A program made the position numbers and the translations under genes. DNA of 64,000 nucleotides from Haliotis rubra. Taxonomy: Eukaryota. Below, piece after piece: positions 39,658 through 52,428 of this stretch. The DNA lies in NCBI RefSeq assembly GCF_003918875.1, contig NW_025766558.1:620001-684000 (forward strand), read 5' to 3'. The notes beneath the pieces were generated by a model. The model was not told the origin of the DNA, searched no databases, and saw nothing but the letters and a program-made list of their open reading frames with translations. How positions within the stretch are numbered: position 1 is the first letter of the stretch; each line of letters opens with the position of its first letter.

Positions 39658-40242
39658 TCTTGACCCAATCAATACATAGTTGCACAGTGTATATGGTCTC
39701 TGCTCTGAAGCATGAGCGTGTCGGCCAGTGCAGCAGCCGAGAGATGACCTAATGGGACTAGTGAATGGACACACAAACAGCTGTTTCCAGGGACACTCAA
39801 GGTACCCGGATGTAAACTATTGACCTTTGTCACGCTCACGAGCCAGATCCTGAGTATTCACTCACCAATTTCACCAAGTGCTTTACGTCAGAGACATGCA
39901 GCACTTCCGGCTTTCCTGCCACAGCCGGCAGCCATGACATACAGGAATACAGAGAGTTGGTAAAAAAAAACCCAACTCACTCACGTAATTTTATGAGGAA
40001 ATTAACAGTAATTGACGTGGTTCTATTCTTGTCTTTATTATCACCCGTTGTTTGCCACAAAAAGCTGTATTGTTAAAATTCTTTCTAAATTTGGAAATAT
40101 AACAGCAATGAAAAGTTTTGTGTAGGTTTTGAGAGTATAAAAAGACAGCATAACAGCAGGTTATAATGTCCATGACATTGACGTTAAGAGTCCAGGTTCG
40201 GGGCAGGGGTCAACCACCAATGCCACCGATGTCACCAGCTCA

Positions 40243-41150
40243 GTGACGTGTATGCCTACCCCGAGCACAGCAGTCCATCGCCGACGCATGGAGTCTATCA
40301 AATAGGCTGGAAGGCAAGTGGAATGGCTTCCCAAATTCTCTGTAAATCTGTGGCTAAATCAGGAACGTTATCCGGCGGAACACGGCGTAGATGTCGCTCT
40401 ATTTCCTCCCACGCATGCTCTGTAGGGATCCGGTGAATCTGCAGGCCAAGGCAGTTTTGTTATATTGTGCTGTGGAAGAAAGCCCCATCAACCTATAGCC
40501 GCTTGTGGGCATGGAGTGGTAATCGTGGTCCAGGGCGGTGAAGAAACGGAATTGTTCTCTTCAGCCCACACCTGTCAAATTGCCCCGAGCAACATCTAAA
40601 GATTTTCTCCAACGTGCACTTATCCCACCCCCCAGTCATCACGGAACCATCCCAATTCCTCTCCAAGACACAGGCTTGAATACAAAGCTTCCCAAGACGT
40701 CTGTAGACACGTTGACCTCCTTCACTATGGAAAATGTTTAATTGTCTGTGAAAAGTCCTCCACCATAACCGAAATTGACAGGATTTCGGCACCACCTTTC
40801 ACGGCTTTCACGATGACATTGCGTCAGGATAGGTCGTATGGCGGGACGAGTCATGTCCCATAATGAAGCAAGCGGTTCCTGACTGTGTTGGAGTTGATAC
40901 GCCGAAGTCTTGGAATGGCCTGAACAGTGGTGCCTGCAGTCTGAGACCAGTGTCGGAGATGGGGCACCCGCATCTATCTGTCCTGTCTCGGCGTTGTGAC
41001 ACGTAGACGTCCTGCACGTGGGCGATCTGCAATTTCATTATTGTTCTGACAACGTCTCAACTGTGCTGAAATGGTGTTTCGCTGGCAGTGGAAATCTCGG
41101 CCATCTGACGTGAGATTTCCTCACCGTACCATCCCCTTAGCCTCATGACG
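40243..41150 (-). mobile_element. Decayed Tc1/mariner (Tc1-family) transposase pseudogene
   Basis: Minus-strand fragments DRPRAGRLRVTTPRQDR*, TVRNRL, RPILTQCHR..R.RWCR, GGQRVYRR, GSVM, LPWPADSPD / EHAWEEIERHLR, SMRRRWTAV; stops and frameshifts present. Confidence 0.85.
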
Positions 41151-41534
41151 TCATGATGTCGATGTCAAACAATTAAGCTTCCAAACTGTGAGCAGCTTCT
41201 GACAAATGTGTGCTCTCAGTGTATCGAGATGCACATGCACAAATGTGTTTGCACGTGCCAATGCCGGACCACCAACATCACGAAATGTAGCCCATGCATG
41301 CGTGTTCAATTGAATTCACTAATTTCTGTGTTTACATTTGTATATATGTACACTTGTTGTTCAAATATATATTATTTTGATTTCATCGGTGCACAGTATC
41401 GTTTCGTAGTTAGTATGTGGCAAGTATGCAAAAATGGAATCAGTGGAAAGTATTACTTTAATTTCTAATCAGTGTGGGCACACAGGATAACAAACTTTGC
41501 CTTACGAAATACAACGCACATAGGTTTGAACTGA

Positions 41535-41574
<40 letters not shown>

Positions 41575-41719
41575 GGGTATATAAGTCAAATACGTGTAAG
41601 GAGTAATGTCTGTAGCGGTGTGCAGGTCGCTCTGACTGCCTGTAACATGGGCCCAGGAAACATGGAGAGGAGGCGCAGTGTCGGGGACCTCTCCAAGGAG
41701 TCACTAGACGTTCGCCGGT

Positions 41720-41803
41720 CTACTGGGCGTCTACACTGAATCTGTAGACGGTTGTCTGTCTATAAGTCTCGCCGGGTCTGAGGATGGTGCTTGGGAAACT
41801 GGG
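41720..41803 (-). CDS. GALM: GALM-A exon 7 ([27 protein letters not shown])
   Basis: gtttcag acceptor, TAG stop. Confidence 0.92.
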   Translation of the reverse strand, partial: PSFPSTILRPGETYRQTTVYRFSVDAQ

Positions 41804-44800
41804 CTGAAACAATGGAGAAAGGATGACTCACTCTGTCTTGTATGGAATACTGTAAGGGACATTCTCGCGATCTCGCATTCTCGCTCTTTTGGTATTTTAA
41901 GCTTGATTCCAAAGGACGAGATCGCGAGAATGCGAGATCGCGAGAATGTCCCTTACAGTATTCCATAGTCTTGGCAATGAGTATTGTGATATTGCTAGCT
42001 GTGACTGTAATATGTACATTATAGACACTGCTGTCAAGCCCGTGTGTTGGGGCCACGTCAACCACAACACTGTTTTCAACCCGGATTGTTTCCGCCATAA
42101 TTCCACACAAATGTGTGTGTGTGCGTGCGTGCGTGCTTGCGTGCTTGCGTGGAAGCTGGGGGAATGGGCTGTCTGTTCAAGGCAGGATGCGCCATCAGCT
42201 AGGTATTTAGTGGCGTTTGTGTTTGTCATGTCTGCGGTTGTGTTTGTCATGTCTGCGGTTGTGTTTGTCATGTCTGCGGTTGTGTTTGTCATGACTGTGG
42301 TGTTGGTTGTCAAGGCAGTGGTTGTGTTTGTCAAGTCAGTGGTTGTATTGTAATGACTGTGGTTGTGTCTGTCATGACTGTGGTTGTATTTGTCAATGCA
42401 GTGTCAGGGCAGTGGTTGTGTTTGTCAAGGCAGTTGTTGTATTTGTCAAGGCAGTGGTTGTGTTTGTCATGACCGTGGTTGTATTTGTCATGACTCTGGT
42501 TGTATTTGCCATGACTGTGGTGTTGGTTGTCAAGGCAATGGTTCTATTGTCATGACTGTGGTTGTGTTTGCCATGACTGTGGTTGTGTTTGTCAAGGCAG
42601 TGGTTGTGTTTGTCATGGCGGTGGGGACTGGAGATCAGTTGAGGTTGTTTAGTTGGGTGACCATGGGTTCTACATTTATATTCAGTAAATATAAATACTC
42701 AATACACATCTCACATATCATGTTCGGTTTGCCCTGTCGGGATGCCGATACCATAACAAGGTATACATGACTCGAGGACGTCATTGCTTCTGAGCCGAGT
42801 CTACGACAAATAGATGGGACGTATGTCCAAAGAAGGTGTGGCGTGGGCATTTTACGTCCGTTTCAGTTGTTATATTATTTAGGCAACAAATGCACTTAAA
42901 GTATTTGATTACATCCATCCCATTGTTGGCAGTGTTGGCATTCTTTCACCTGATTCACACTGTCTGGGTGATGCTGGGCTTCGAGACAGTTGTGTTAACT
43001 CACGTGATTCACACTGTCTGGGTGATGCTGGGCTTCAAGACAGTTGTGTTAACTCACCTGATTCACACTGTCTGGGTGATGCTGGGCTTCAAGACAGTTG
43101 TGTTAACTCACGTGATTCACACTGTCTGGGTGATGCTGGGCTTCAAGACAGTTGTGTTAACTCACCTGATTCACACTGTCTGGGTGATGCTGGGCTTCAA
43201 GACAGTTGAGTTAACTCACGTGATTCACACTTGTCTGGGTGATGCTGGGCTTCAAGACAGTTGAGTTAACTCACCTGATTCACACTGTCTGGGTGATGCT
43301 GGGCTTCCAGACACTTGTGTTAACTCACGTGATGTACACTTGTCTTGGTGATGCTGGGCTTTAGACAGTTGTGTTAACTCACCCGATTCACACTGTCTGG
43401 GTGATGCTGGGCTTCAAGACAGTTGAGTTAACTCACGTGATGTACACTTGTCTGGGTGATGCTTGGGCTTCAAGACACTGTCTTGAGCTTTAACTCACCT
43501 GGTGTCACACTTGTCTGGGTGATGCTGGGCTTCAAGACAGCTGTGTTAACTCACCTGGTTCACACTGTCTGGGTGATGCTGGGCTTCAAGACAGTTGAGT
43601 TAACTCACGTGATGTACACTTGTCTGGGTGATGCTGGGCTTCAAGACAGTTGAGTTAACTCACGTGATGTACACTTGTCTGGGTGATGCTGGGCTTCAAG
43701 ACAGTTGAGTTAACTCACGTGATGTACACTTGTCTGGGTGATGCTGGGCTTCAAGACAGTTGAGTTAACTCACGTGATGTACACCTGTCTGGGTGATGCT
43801 GGGCTTCAAGACAGTTGAGTTAACTCACCTGATTCACACTGTCTGGGTGATGCTGGGCTTCAAGACAGTTGAGTTAACTCACCTGATTCACACTGTCTGG
43901 GTGATGCTGGGCTTCAAGACAGCCGAGTTTACTCACGTTATGTACACTTGTCTGGGTGATGCTGGGCTTCAAGACAGTTGAGTTAACTCACGTGATGTAC
44001 ACTTGTCTGGGTGATGCTGGGCTTCAAGACAGCTGTGTTAACTCACCTGGTTCACACTGTCTGGGTGATGCTGGGCTTCAAGACAGTTGAGTTAACTCAC
44101 GTGATGTACACTTGTCTGGGTGATGCTGGGCTTCAAGACAGTTGAGTTAACTCACCTGATTCACACTGTCTGGGTGATGCTGGGCTTTAGGACAGTTGTG
44201 TTAACTCACCTGATTCACACTGTCTGGGTGATGCTGGGCTTCAAGACAGCCGAGTTTACTCACGTTATGTACACTTGTCTGGGTGATGCTGGGCTTCAAG
44301 ACAGTTGAGTTAACTCACCTGATTCACACTGTCTGGGTGATGCTGGGCTTCAAGACAGCCGAGTTTACTCACGTTATGTACACTTGTCTGGGTGATGCTG
44401 GGCTTCAAGACAGTTGAGTTAACTCACGTGATGTACACTTGTCTTGGGTGATGCTGGGCTTCAAGACAGTTGAGTTAACTCACGTGATGTACACTTGTCT
44501 GGGTGATGCTGGGCTTCAAGACAGTTGAGTTAACTCACGTGATGTACACTTGTCTTGGTGATGCTGGGCTTCAAGACAGTTGAGTTAACTCACGTGATGT
44601 ACACTTGTCTGGGTGATGCTGGGCTTCAAGACAGTTGAGTTAACTCACGTGATGTACACTTGTCTGGGTGATGCTGGGCTTTCAAGACAGTTGTGTTAAC
44701 TCACCTGGTTCACACTGTCTGGGTGATGCTGGGCTTCAAGACAGCCGAGTTAACTCACGTGATGTACACTTGTCTGGGTGATGCTGGGCTTCAAGACAGT

Positions 44801-47800
44801 TGAGTTAACTCACGTGATGTACACTTGTCTGGGTGATGCTGGGCTTCAAGACAGCCGAGTTAACTCACGTGATGTACACTTGTCTGGGTGATGCTGGGCT
44901 TCAAGACAGCCGAGTTAACTCACGTGATGTACACTTGTCTGGGTGATGCTGGGCTTCAAGACAGTTGTGTTAACTCACCTGATTCACACTGTCTGGGTGA
45001 TGCTGGGCTTCAAGACAGTTGAGTTAACTCACGTGATGTACACTTGTCTGGGTGATGCTGGGCTTTAAGACAGTTGTGTTAACTCACCTGATTCACACTG
45101 TCTGGGTGATGCTGGGCTTCAAGACAGCCGAGTTAACTCACGTGATGTACACTTGTCTGGGTGATGCTGGGCTTCAAGACAGCCGAGTTAACTCACGTGA
45201 TGTACACTTGTCTGGGTGATGCTGGGCTTCAAGACAGTTGTGTTAACTCACCTGGTTCACACTGTCTGGGTGATGCTGGGCTACAAGACAGTTGTGTTAA
45301 CTCACCTGATTCACACTGTCTGGGTGATGCTGGGCTTCAAGACAGCCGAGTTAACTCACGTGATGTACACTTGTCTGGGTGATGCTGGGCTTCAAGACAG
45401 TTGTGTTAACTCACCTGGTTCACACTGTCTGGGTGATGCTGGGCTACAAGACAGTTGTGTTAACTCACCTGATTCACACTGTCTGGGTGATGCTGGGCTT
45501 CAAGACAGTTGTGTTAACTCACCTGATTCACACTGTCTGGGTGATGCTGGGCTTCAAGACAGCCGAGTTTACTCACGTGATTCACACTTGTCTGGGTGAT
45601 GCTGGGCTTCAAGACAGTTGTGTTAACTCACCTGATTCACACTGTCTGGGTGATGCTGGGCTTCAAGACAGTTGAGTTAACTCACGTGATGTACACTTGT
45701 CTGGGTGATGCTGGGCTTTAAGACAGTTGTGTTAACTCACCTGATTCACACTGTCTGGGTGATGCTGGGCTTCAAGACAGTTGAGTTAACTCACGTGATG
45801 TACACTCGTCTGGGTGATGCTGGGCTTCAAGACAGTTGAGTTAACTCACGTGGTGTACACCTGTCTGGGTGATGCTGGGCTTTAAGACAGTTGTGTTAAC
45901 TCACCTGATTCACACTGTCTGGGTGATGCTGGGCTTCAAGACAGCCGAGTTTACTCACCTGATGTACACTTGTCTGGGTGATGCTGGGCTTCAAGACAGT
46001 TGAGTTAACTCACGTGATTCACACTTGTCTGGGTGATGCTGGGCTTCAAGACAGTTGTGTTAACTCACCTGATTCACACTGTCTGGGTGATGCTGGGCTT
46101 CAAGACAGTTGTGTTAACTCTCCTGGTTCACACTGTCTGGGTGATGCTGGGCTTCAAGACAGTTGTGTTAACTCACCTGGTTTACACTGTCTGGGTGATG
46201 CTGGGCTTCAAGACAGAACCCTGTAAACTTCCCATAAGTGGCGCCATCTTTTCCCTTGTCCTTGGCGTCGAGGTAGTAGCTGGTGTAGAATAAGACCGAT
46301 GGTTCGGTTGTGGATACTTCCAGGACCCGCCCTGATGGAGGGTGCTCCATTCTGTAAACGAGAAGAAACAAATAAAACAGGATTCTTACCGACCGCTCTA
46401 TTTTGTCCTATATTCCTTTCCATTCATACAGTACAGACAGTATTAAAACGACCTAGTTCCCAAAACAGATTGAAGATGTTGATTTATCCACTTATTTGTA
46501 TCTTTAGATCCCCACAGGCCACTGCATAGGCGTGCAGGAATATCTTCTCCAGCTACGTGCCCCAGGTCACGCCAACCGTACAAAATGACGGTCTGAGGTA
46601 CAGATACATGTCACGCCCACCGTACAAACTGACGGTCTAAGGTACAGACCCACGTCACGCCTACCGTACAAAATGACGGTTTTGGAACAGATATGCCACG
46701 CCCACCTTGCTACATGTTTCAGGTTCCCCGACTCCTCCAGGTTATAGCTGACAGTATATCCTGTTCCACCCGGAACTGACGTCATATGATCTCCCAGCCG
46801 TACAGGACTCCGCAGGTCGTAAGGGGTTTCATCAACATCTTTTAGCTCACCTGAAATGTAAACAGTAATAATCCCAACAGCACCTATCCTGATTATAGCC
46901 TTTATAATAATGTAGGGAAAGTCTCATTCGCTGTCTGATCTGCGTATTGAGGGGGCACAGGACTTGATGATACATCTAACCAGCTTGACTGTGCCAGGAT
47001 CACCCCAAGCCTCATGGTTGCATTTAACTATATTATTCTGTAAAAGAAAATTGCAAATTAAATGTGGGCATGTATTGAGAGTACACAATACTGGGGCACA
47101 GTGACAATTTGCAAACATTCAACTCATAGGAATAATTGCTCGTCACGGCTTCCACAGCTGTCAACAAGGGAGGGAGGCATGCAATCTTGTTTTATGCCGC
47201 TGTATTGTAATTCAAACAACGCGCAAATAATGTGACCCACACAAAATCAACAAGGTCACCTTACCTGTAGGTATGAGAGTGTCGTCGAGGACGGCGTATG
47301 CATCAGAGTTAATTCTGACAACGTGGTCGTCAATGTGGCCGGCAGACTGACGAACAGAGAGATATTTTGTGTTAGATCAGCGATATATGCATGGATGGGC
47401 AGGGGGCGCATTATCTTTTGTTAAAGTATTATCTGTTACAAAGTGTTATCTATATATCGCTGACAGATAAGAACATTTCACATCCCAACACCTAACCACG
47501 TTGGTAAGTTTGTCCACTAGCTGCCACGTTTAAAACTCGAGAATAGTCTCGATCTAACTAATGGCCCATGTACACGCTCTATAAACAAGCCCAATAACAC
47601 TTCCAATTGCATGCCTGATTCAGACATGCCCTATACACACCCCTGCACACATGCCCTGTAGACACACCCTATACTCATGCTCTTTATGCATGCCTTAAAC
47701 ACGTGTCCTCTGCAGACGCTGTACACATGCCCTGTAGCCACACCCTATACTCATGCTCTTTATGCATGCCTTAAACACGTGTCCTCTGCAGACGCTGTAC

Positions 47801-50800
47801 ACACGCCCTGTAGCCACACCCTATACTCATGCTCTTTATGCATGCCTTAAACACGTGTCCTCGGCAGACGCTGTACACATGCCCTGTAGCCACACCCTAT
47901 ACTCATGTTCTTTATGCATGCCTTAAACGCCTGTCCTCCGCAGACGCTGTACACATGCCCTCTACATACACACTGTCTGGATAGCCAGAACACACGCCCT
48001 ATGCTCATACCCTATCCTCACCAATAAACACATACCCTGCAGTCACGCCCTTCACACATGTTCTATACTAGTGCACTATAAACACGCCCAGTATACGTGC
48101 CCTACACACGCCCTGTACATGCCCCACATACAGGCACACATTCAGGAGTTTGTACCGATACTGCCTGCTGCGCTGCTGCTGTCGAGGCCTCTTAGGGGGG
48201 CTTCTATATTACAGGGTAAAACAAAGCTGAAGCATCACCCGACCAGGTGTATTAAAGTCTATGGAGGTTATAATGAAAACCAAATGTCAGACCACTGTTT
48301 CATTGCCCTTGTATAAATGTATACCGTGTTCTAAATTAAGCTCACTTGAAATATTCAAAATATTCAACTGCTTGGATGAGGATATGTTTGATCGCTCACA
48401 TGTCCGGCCATGTTGAAGTAGGCGTGGTTTGTCAGGTTGATGGGCGTGGCTTTCGTGGTGTTAGCCTCGTACTGAATGAACAGTTGATTGTCATCTGTCA
48501 GCTCGTACGTCACAGTTGTCGTCACCTCACCCGGGAAGCCCTCCTCGCCATCGTCGCTGACGTATCTCAGCTGAAGCTTCTTGCCGTCCACAACATTGGT
48601 GTTCCAGACGACTTGGTCAAAGCCTTTCACGCCGCCATGTAATAGATGCTCCCCGTGATTGGCTGTAAGGTTGTACGTTTCCCCGTCCAATGAGAATTTA
48701 GCTCCCTTAATACGGTTAGCATACCGTCCAATGATAGAGCCAAGGCAGAATATTGCGTTGCTTTCGTAACCTGCAATATGAACATATGATCGAGTCTTTA
48801 CCTACTGTCTAACCACATGCAGTGTTATCTCTGTGACTGTATTAGCGCCTTCATAAAACAGTGAACGGTTTTCATTCCACGTCACACTAAATCTGATATT
48901 CGATGTTTTATGGATTAATCCCATTTAAGCTGATGTCACCCCGTCTGCGGTGAGGCGATATGCCAAATCACACAGATACAGCCTGTATGTCAGACATGGG
49001 TTAAACTGAAGGTGGTCGATTACGCCGGTGTGTGACCGAATCAAGGTAAGGTTGGTCCGGCAACATCACACTACCAACTACCATCTCGTCTCACAACCAA
49101 CCTGTCATATCGTCGAAGCCGAGACTGATGTCGTCAACGTCGCCGTGTTTATCTGGCACAAGGATGTCAGTGATGGTGGCGCCGTAGTTCAAGACGCGGA
49201 CAAGGACATTATTGCCATTCGTAAGGGTGTATCTGGCGGAGAAACAGAATTACAAAATTTGTGTTGACATGTAGTTTTAAAATCATGTCTTCTGGTCGTT
49301 TTAGCTTTACGAAAATATTTTGAAGCCGGGGGCACCTGGACTAACCCCCAAATGTCTGTGTCTGCCACTTGGTGCATGATTTCGTCTGGCAGCTTATATA
49401 ACGTTTTCTCTGAACTTGTAAATATAATCAACTTTCTGGAACTATGAGAACTCGTATTTAGTTACTCAATCACTGTCCTCATTACATGACTGGATCACAG
49501 CCTGTAGGCCAAGGTCCCGAGATGACCTAGATGGCCTGTGTCTTGTTACAGGTCATGAGAACAGCAAGATAACCCAGCTCCTGACCAATCTCGTTACAGA
49601 CCTGAGTGAGACACGTTTAGACGACCAGTACAATCAGAGTGAACTAGGGGCAACCTGACGATCAATTCAATCACAGGGAACTAGGGGCAACCAGACGACC
49701 AGCACAATCAGGGGAATTAGGGGCAACCAGACGACCAGTACAATCAGTGGGAACTAGGGGCAACCTGACGACCAGTACAATCACAGGGAACTAGGGGCAA
49801 CCAGACGACCAGGGCAACCAGACGACCACACAATCAGGGGGAACTAGGGCAACCTAGACGACCAGTACAATCAGGGGAACTAGGGGCAACCTGACGACCA
49901 GTACAATCAGGGGAACTAGGGGCAACCAGACGACCAGTACAATCTAGTGGCAACCAGACGACCAGTACAATTAGGGGAACTAGGGGCAACCAGACGACCA
50001 GGGGAACTAGGGGGGCAACCAGACGACCAGTACAATCATCAGGGGAACCTGGGGCAACCAGACGACCAGCACAATCAATTGGGGAACTAGGGGCAACCTG
50101 ACGACCAGTACAATCAGTAGGGGAACTAGGGGCAACCAGACGACCAGTACAATCAGTGGGGAACTAGGGCAACCAGACGACCAGTACAATCAGTGGGGAA
50201 CTAGGGGCAACCAGACGACCAGTACAATCAGGGGGAACTAGGGGCAACCAGACGACCAGTACAATCAGGGGGAACTAGGGGCAACCAGACGACCAGTACA
50301 ATCAGGGGGAACTAGGGGCAACCAGACGACCAGCACAATCAGGGGGAACTAGGGGCAACCAGACGACCAGTACAATCAGGGGGAACTAGGGCAACCTGAC
50401 GACCAGTACAATCAGGGGAACTAGGGGCAACCAGACGACCAGCACAATCAGTGGGGAACTAGGGGCAACCAGACGACCAGTACAATCAGGGGGAACTAGG
50501 GGCAACCAGACGACCAGTACAATCAGTGGGGAACTAGGGGCAACCAGACGACCAGTACAATCAGGGGGAACTAGACGACCAGGGCAACCAGGGGACGACC
50601 AGACGCACAGTACAATCAGGGGAACTAGGGGCAACCAGACGACCAGTACAATCAGTGGGGAACTAGGGGCAACCAGCCTGGGGACGGCCAGACGACCAGC
50701 ACAATCAGGGGAACTAGGGGCAACCAGACGACCAGTACAATCAGGGGAACTAGGGGCAACCAGACGACCAGTACAATCAGTGGGGAACTAGGGCAACCTG

Positions 50801-51408
50801 GACCAGACCAGACGACCAGTACAATCAGGGACCACTAGGGCAACCTGACGACCAGTACAATCAGGGGGAACTAGGGGCAAACCAGACGACCAGTACAATC
50901 AGGGGGAACTAGGGGCAACCTGACGACCAGTACAATCAGGGGAACTAGGGGCAACCAGACGACCAGCACAATCAGGGGAACTAGGGGCAACCAGACGACC
51001 AGCACAATCAGTGGGGACTAGGGGCAACCTGACGACCAGTACAACCAGGGGGAACTAGAGGCAACCAGACCATCAGTACAACAAGGGTAAAAAAACAAAA
51101 CAAACACAAGCACGCTCGCACGCACGCGCACACACACATGCACGTCACACAGACGTACACCTACAAGGAGCCTCTGGTGTTTCATGAGAGTATCGCATCC
51201 TATGCTATGTCTTATCACTGTAAAGTTCACCTGTCAAACGCACGCCTTCACTGACGGCGAGGCTGCCCTGTGGTGCCAAGCTGTGAGGCTTTTCTAAACA
51301 AGAAATGGTCAGTATGGTGCCACAGCCGTGACAGAGTGGGTTTATCTACCTGCTGACATGTTCTCCGGTCTTCGTCACCCCGAACTCCTCCTCTGTGATA
51401 GAAGCCAT
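41720..51408 (-). CDS. GALM: Galactose mutarotase / aldose 1-epimerase-like, copy A, 348 aa; exons 51408-51350, 49232-49102, 48770-48400, 47346-47265, 46850-46706, 46351-46177, 41803-41720
   Basis: All GT-AG with consistent phases, 1047 nt. Motifs [60 protein letters not shown]. Confidence 0.93.
41841..41967. mobile_element. 127 bp MITE with 44 bp perfect TIRs (TATGG...CCATA) and 6 bp TSD gtcttg; IS3EU-like
   Basis: TIR tatggaatactgtaagggacattctcgcgatctcgcattctcgc and its exact reverse complement; gtcttg on both sides. Confidence 0.8.
42220..42620. repeat. 21 bp degenerate minisatellite (gtcatgactgtggttgtgttt)
   Basis: Tandem units. Confidence 0.85.
42946..46216 (-). repeat. 54-55 bp minisatellite made of the GALM-A exon 6 end plus donor, about 60 copies
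   Basis: Minus-strand unit TGTCTTGAAGCCCAGCATCACCCAGACAGTGTGAATCAG|gtgagttaacacaac. Confidence 0.96.
46177..46351 (-). CDS. GALM: GALM-A exon 6 ([17 protein letters not shown]...[14 protein letters not shown])
   Basis: Contains the catalytic Glu motif; CAG|gtgagt donor. Confidence 0.92.
46706..46850 (-). CDS. GALM: GALM-A exon 5 ([13 protein letters not shown]...GYTVSYNL...HVA)
   Basis: Canonical splice sites, phases 1-2. Confidence 0.9.
47265..47346 (-). CDS. GALM: GALM-A exon 4 ([27 protein letters not shown])
   Basis: Canonical splice sites, phases 0-1. Confidence 0.9.
47640..47960. repeat. About 76 bp tandem repeat, 4 copies
   Basis: cacaccctatactcatgctctttatgcatgccttaaacacgtgtcc... 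repeated. Confidence 0.8.
48400..48770 (-). CDS. GALM: GALM-A exon 3 (GRYANRI ... HGG ... [11 protein letters not shown])
   Basis: Conserved motifs, canonical splice sites. Confidence 0.95.
49102..49232 (-). CDS. GALM: GALM-A exon 2 ([43 protein letters not shown])
   Basis: ccgccag acceptor, G|gttggt donor. Confidence 0.92.
49620..51080. repeat. 36-38 bp minisatellite (agtacaatcagggggaactaggggcaaccagacgacc) in GALM-A intron 1
   Basis: Tandem units. Confidence 0.93.
51350..51408 (-). CDS. GALM: GALM-A exon 1 ([19 protein letters not shown])
   Basis: ATG at 51408, AG|gtagat donor, phase 2. Confidence 0.88.
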
Positions 51409-51858
51409 TGTTTGTCCTCAGCCTGTTATCTACTGCAAGGCACTTAGTAATTACCTCCCTTGTCCATGTCACGCTACATTCACTGCAAGCTTTATTTGAA
51501 TGTTGCTGTAGATTCCACATGTTGGTAGATCTTCCTGGGAGACAGATGACTCTCGATGTTCGGTACACACTGTCTTCACCGGTAGTCCCGATACAATCAA
51601 TACAAACATGCGATGAATGTCGTCGTCGCTGTCGGTCACGCTCCAGACGTCTATATGGACATGCACGCACGCACGCACACAGACACGCACCACACACACA
51701 AACTAACACTAACGCACACACACACACACACACATACACACACTAACACACACATCAACGCAGGCTGACAGAGTATATTGTTTCTGCAGAAGTCATTACC
51801 TTCATTGTATATACTGTAACACCCTGTCAACCATTACCTGTACTTGTCCTTGTGTCCC

Positions 51859-52428
51859 AGTGTCACCGTGGTGTAAGGAGGACCTCCCAGCCTGTACCAG
51901 TGTCACCGTGGTGTAAGGAGGACCTCCCAGCCGCTATCTACTCAGTCCCCGTCCAATACCCTCCCAGCCTGTACAAGTGTCACCGTGGTGTAAGGAGGAC
52001 CTCCCAGCCGCTATCTACTCAGTCCCCATCCCTCCCAGCCTGTACCAGTGTCACCGTGGTGTAAGGAGGACCTCCCAGCCGCTATCTACTCAGTCCCCAT
52101 CCCTCCCAGCCTGTACCAGTGTCACCGTGGTGTAAGGAGGACCTCCCAGCCGCTATCTACTCAGTCCCCATCCAATACCCTCCCAACCTGTACAAGTGTC
52201 ACCGTGGTGTAAGGAGGACCTCCCAGCCTGTACAAGTGTCACCGTTGTGTAAGGAGGACCTCCCAGCCGCTATCTACTCAGTCCCCGTCCAATACCCTCC
52301 CAGCCTGTACCAGTGTCACCGTGGTGTAAGGAGGACCTCCCAGCCTGTACAAGTGTCACCGTTGTGTAAGGAGGACCTCCCAGCCGCTATCTACTCAGTC
52401 CCCGTCCAATACCCTCCCAGCCTGTACC
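51859..52428. repeat. Composite about 40/77 bp tandem repeat upstream of GALM-A
   Basis: gtgtcaccgtggtgtaaggaggacctcccagcc repeated with an optional insert. Confidence 0.88.

Noticed and set aside
42220-42620. Thr-rich mucin-like or Val-rich membrane ORFs
   Set aside because: Intronic 21-bp repeat inside GALM-A intron 6 with no splice support
51230-51293. AG...GT bounded segment as GALM-A exon 1
   Set aside because: Stop codon in the required phase; the true exon 1 is at 51350-51408
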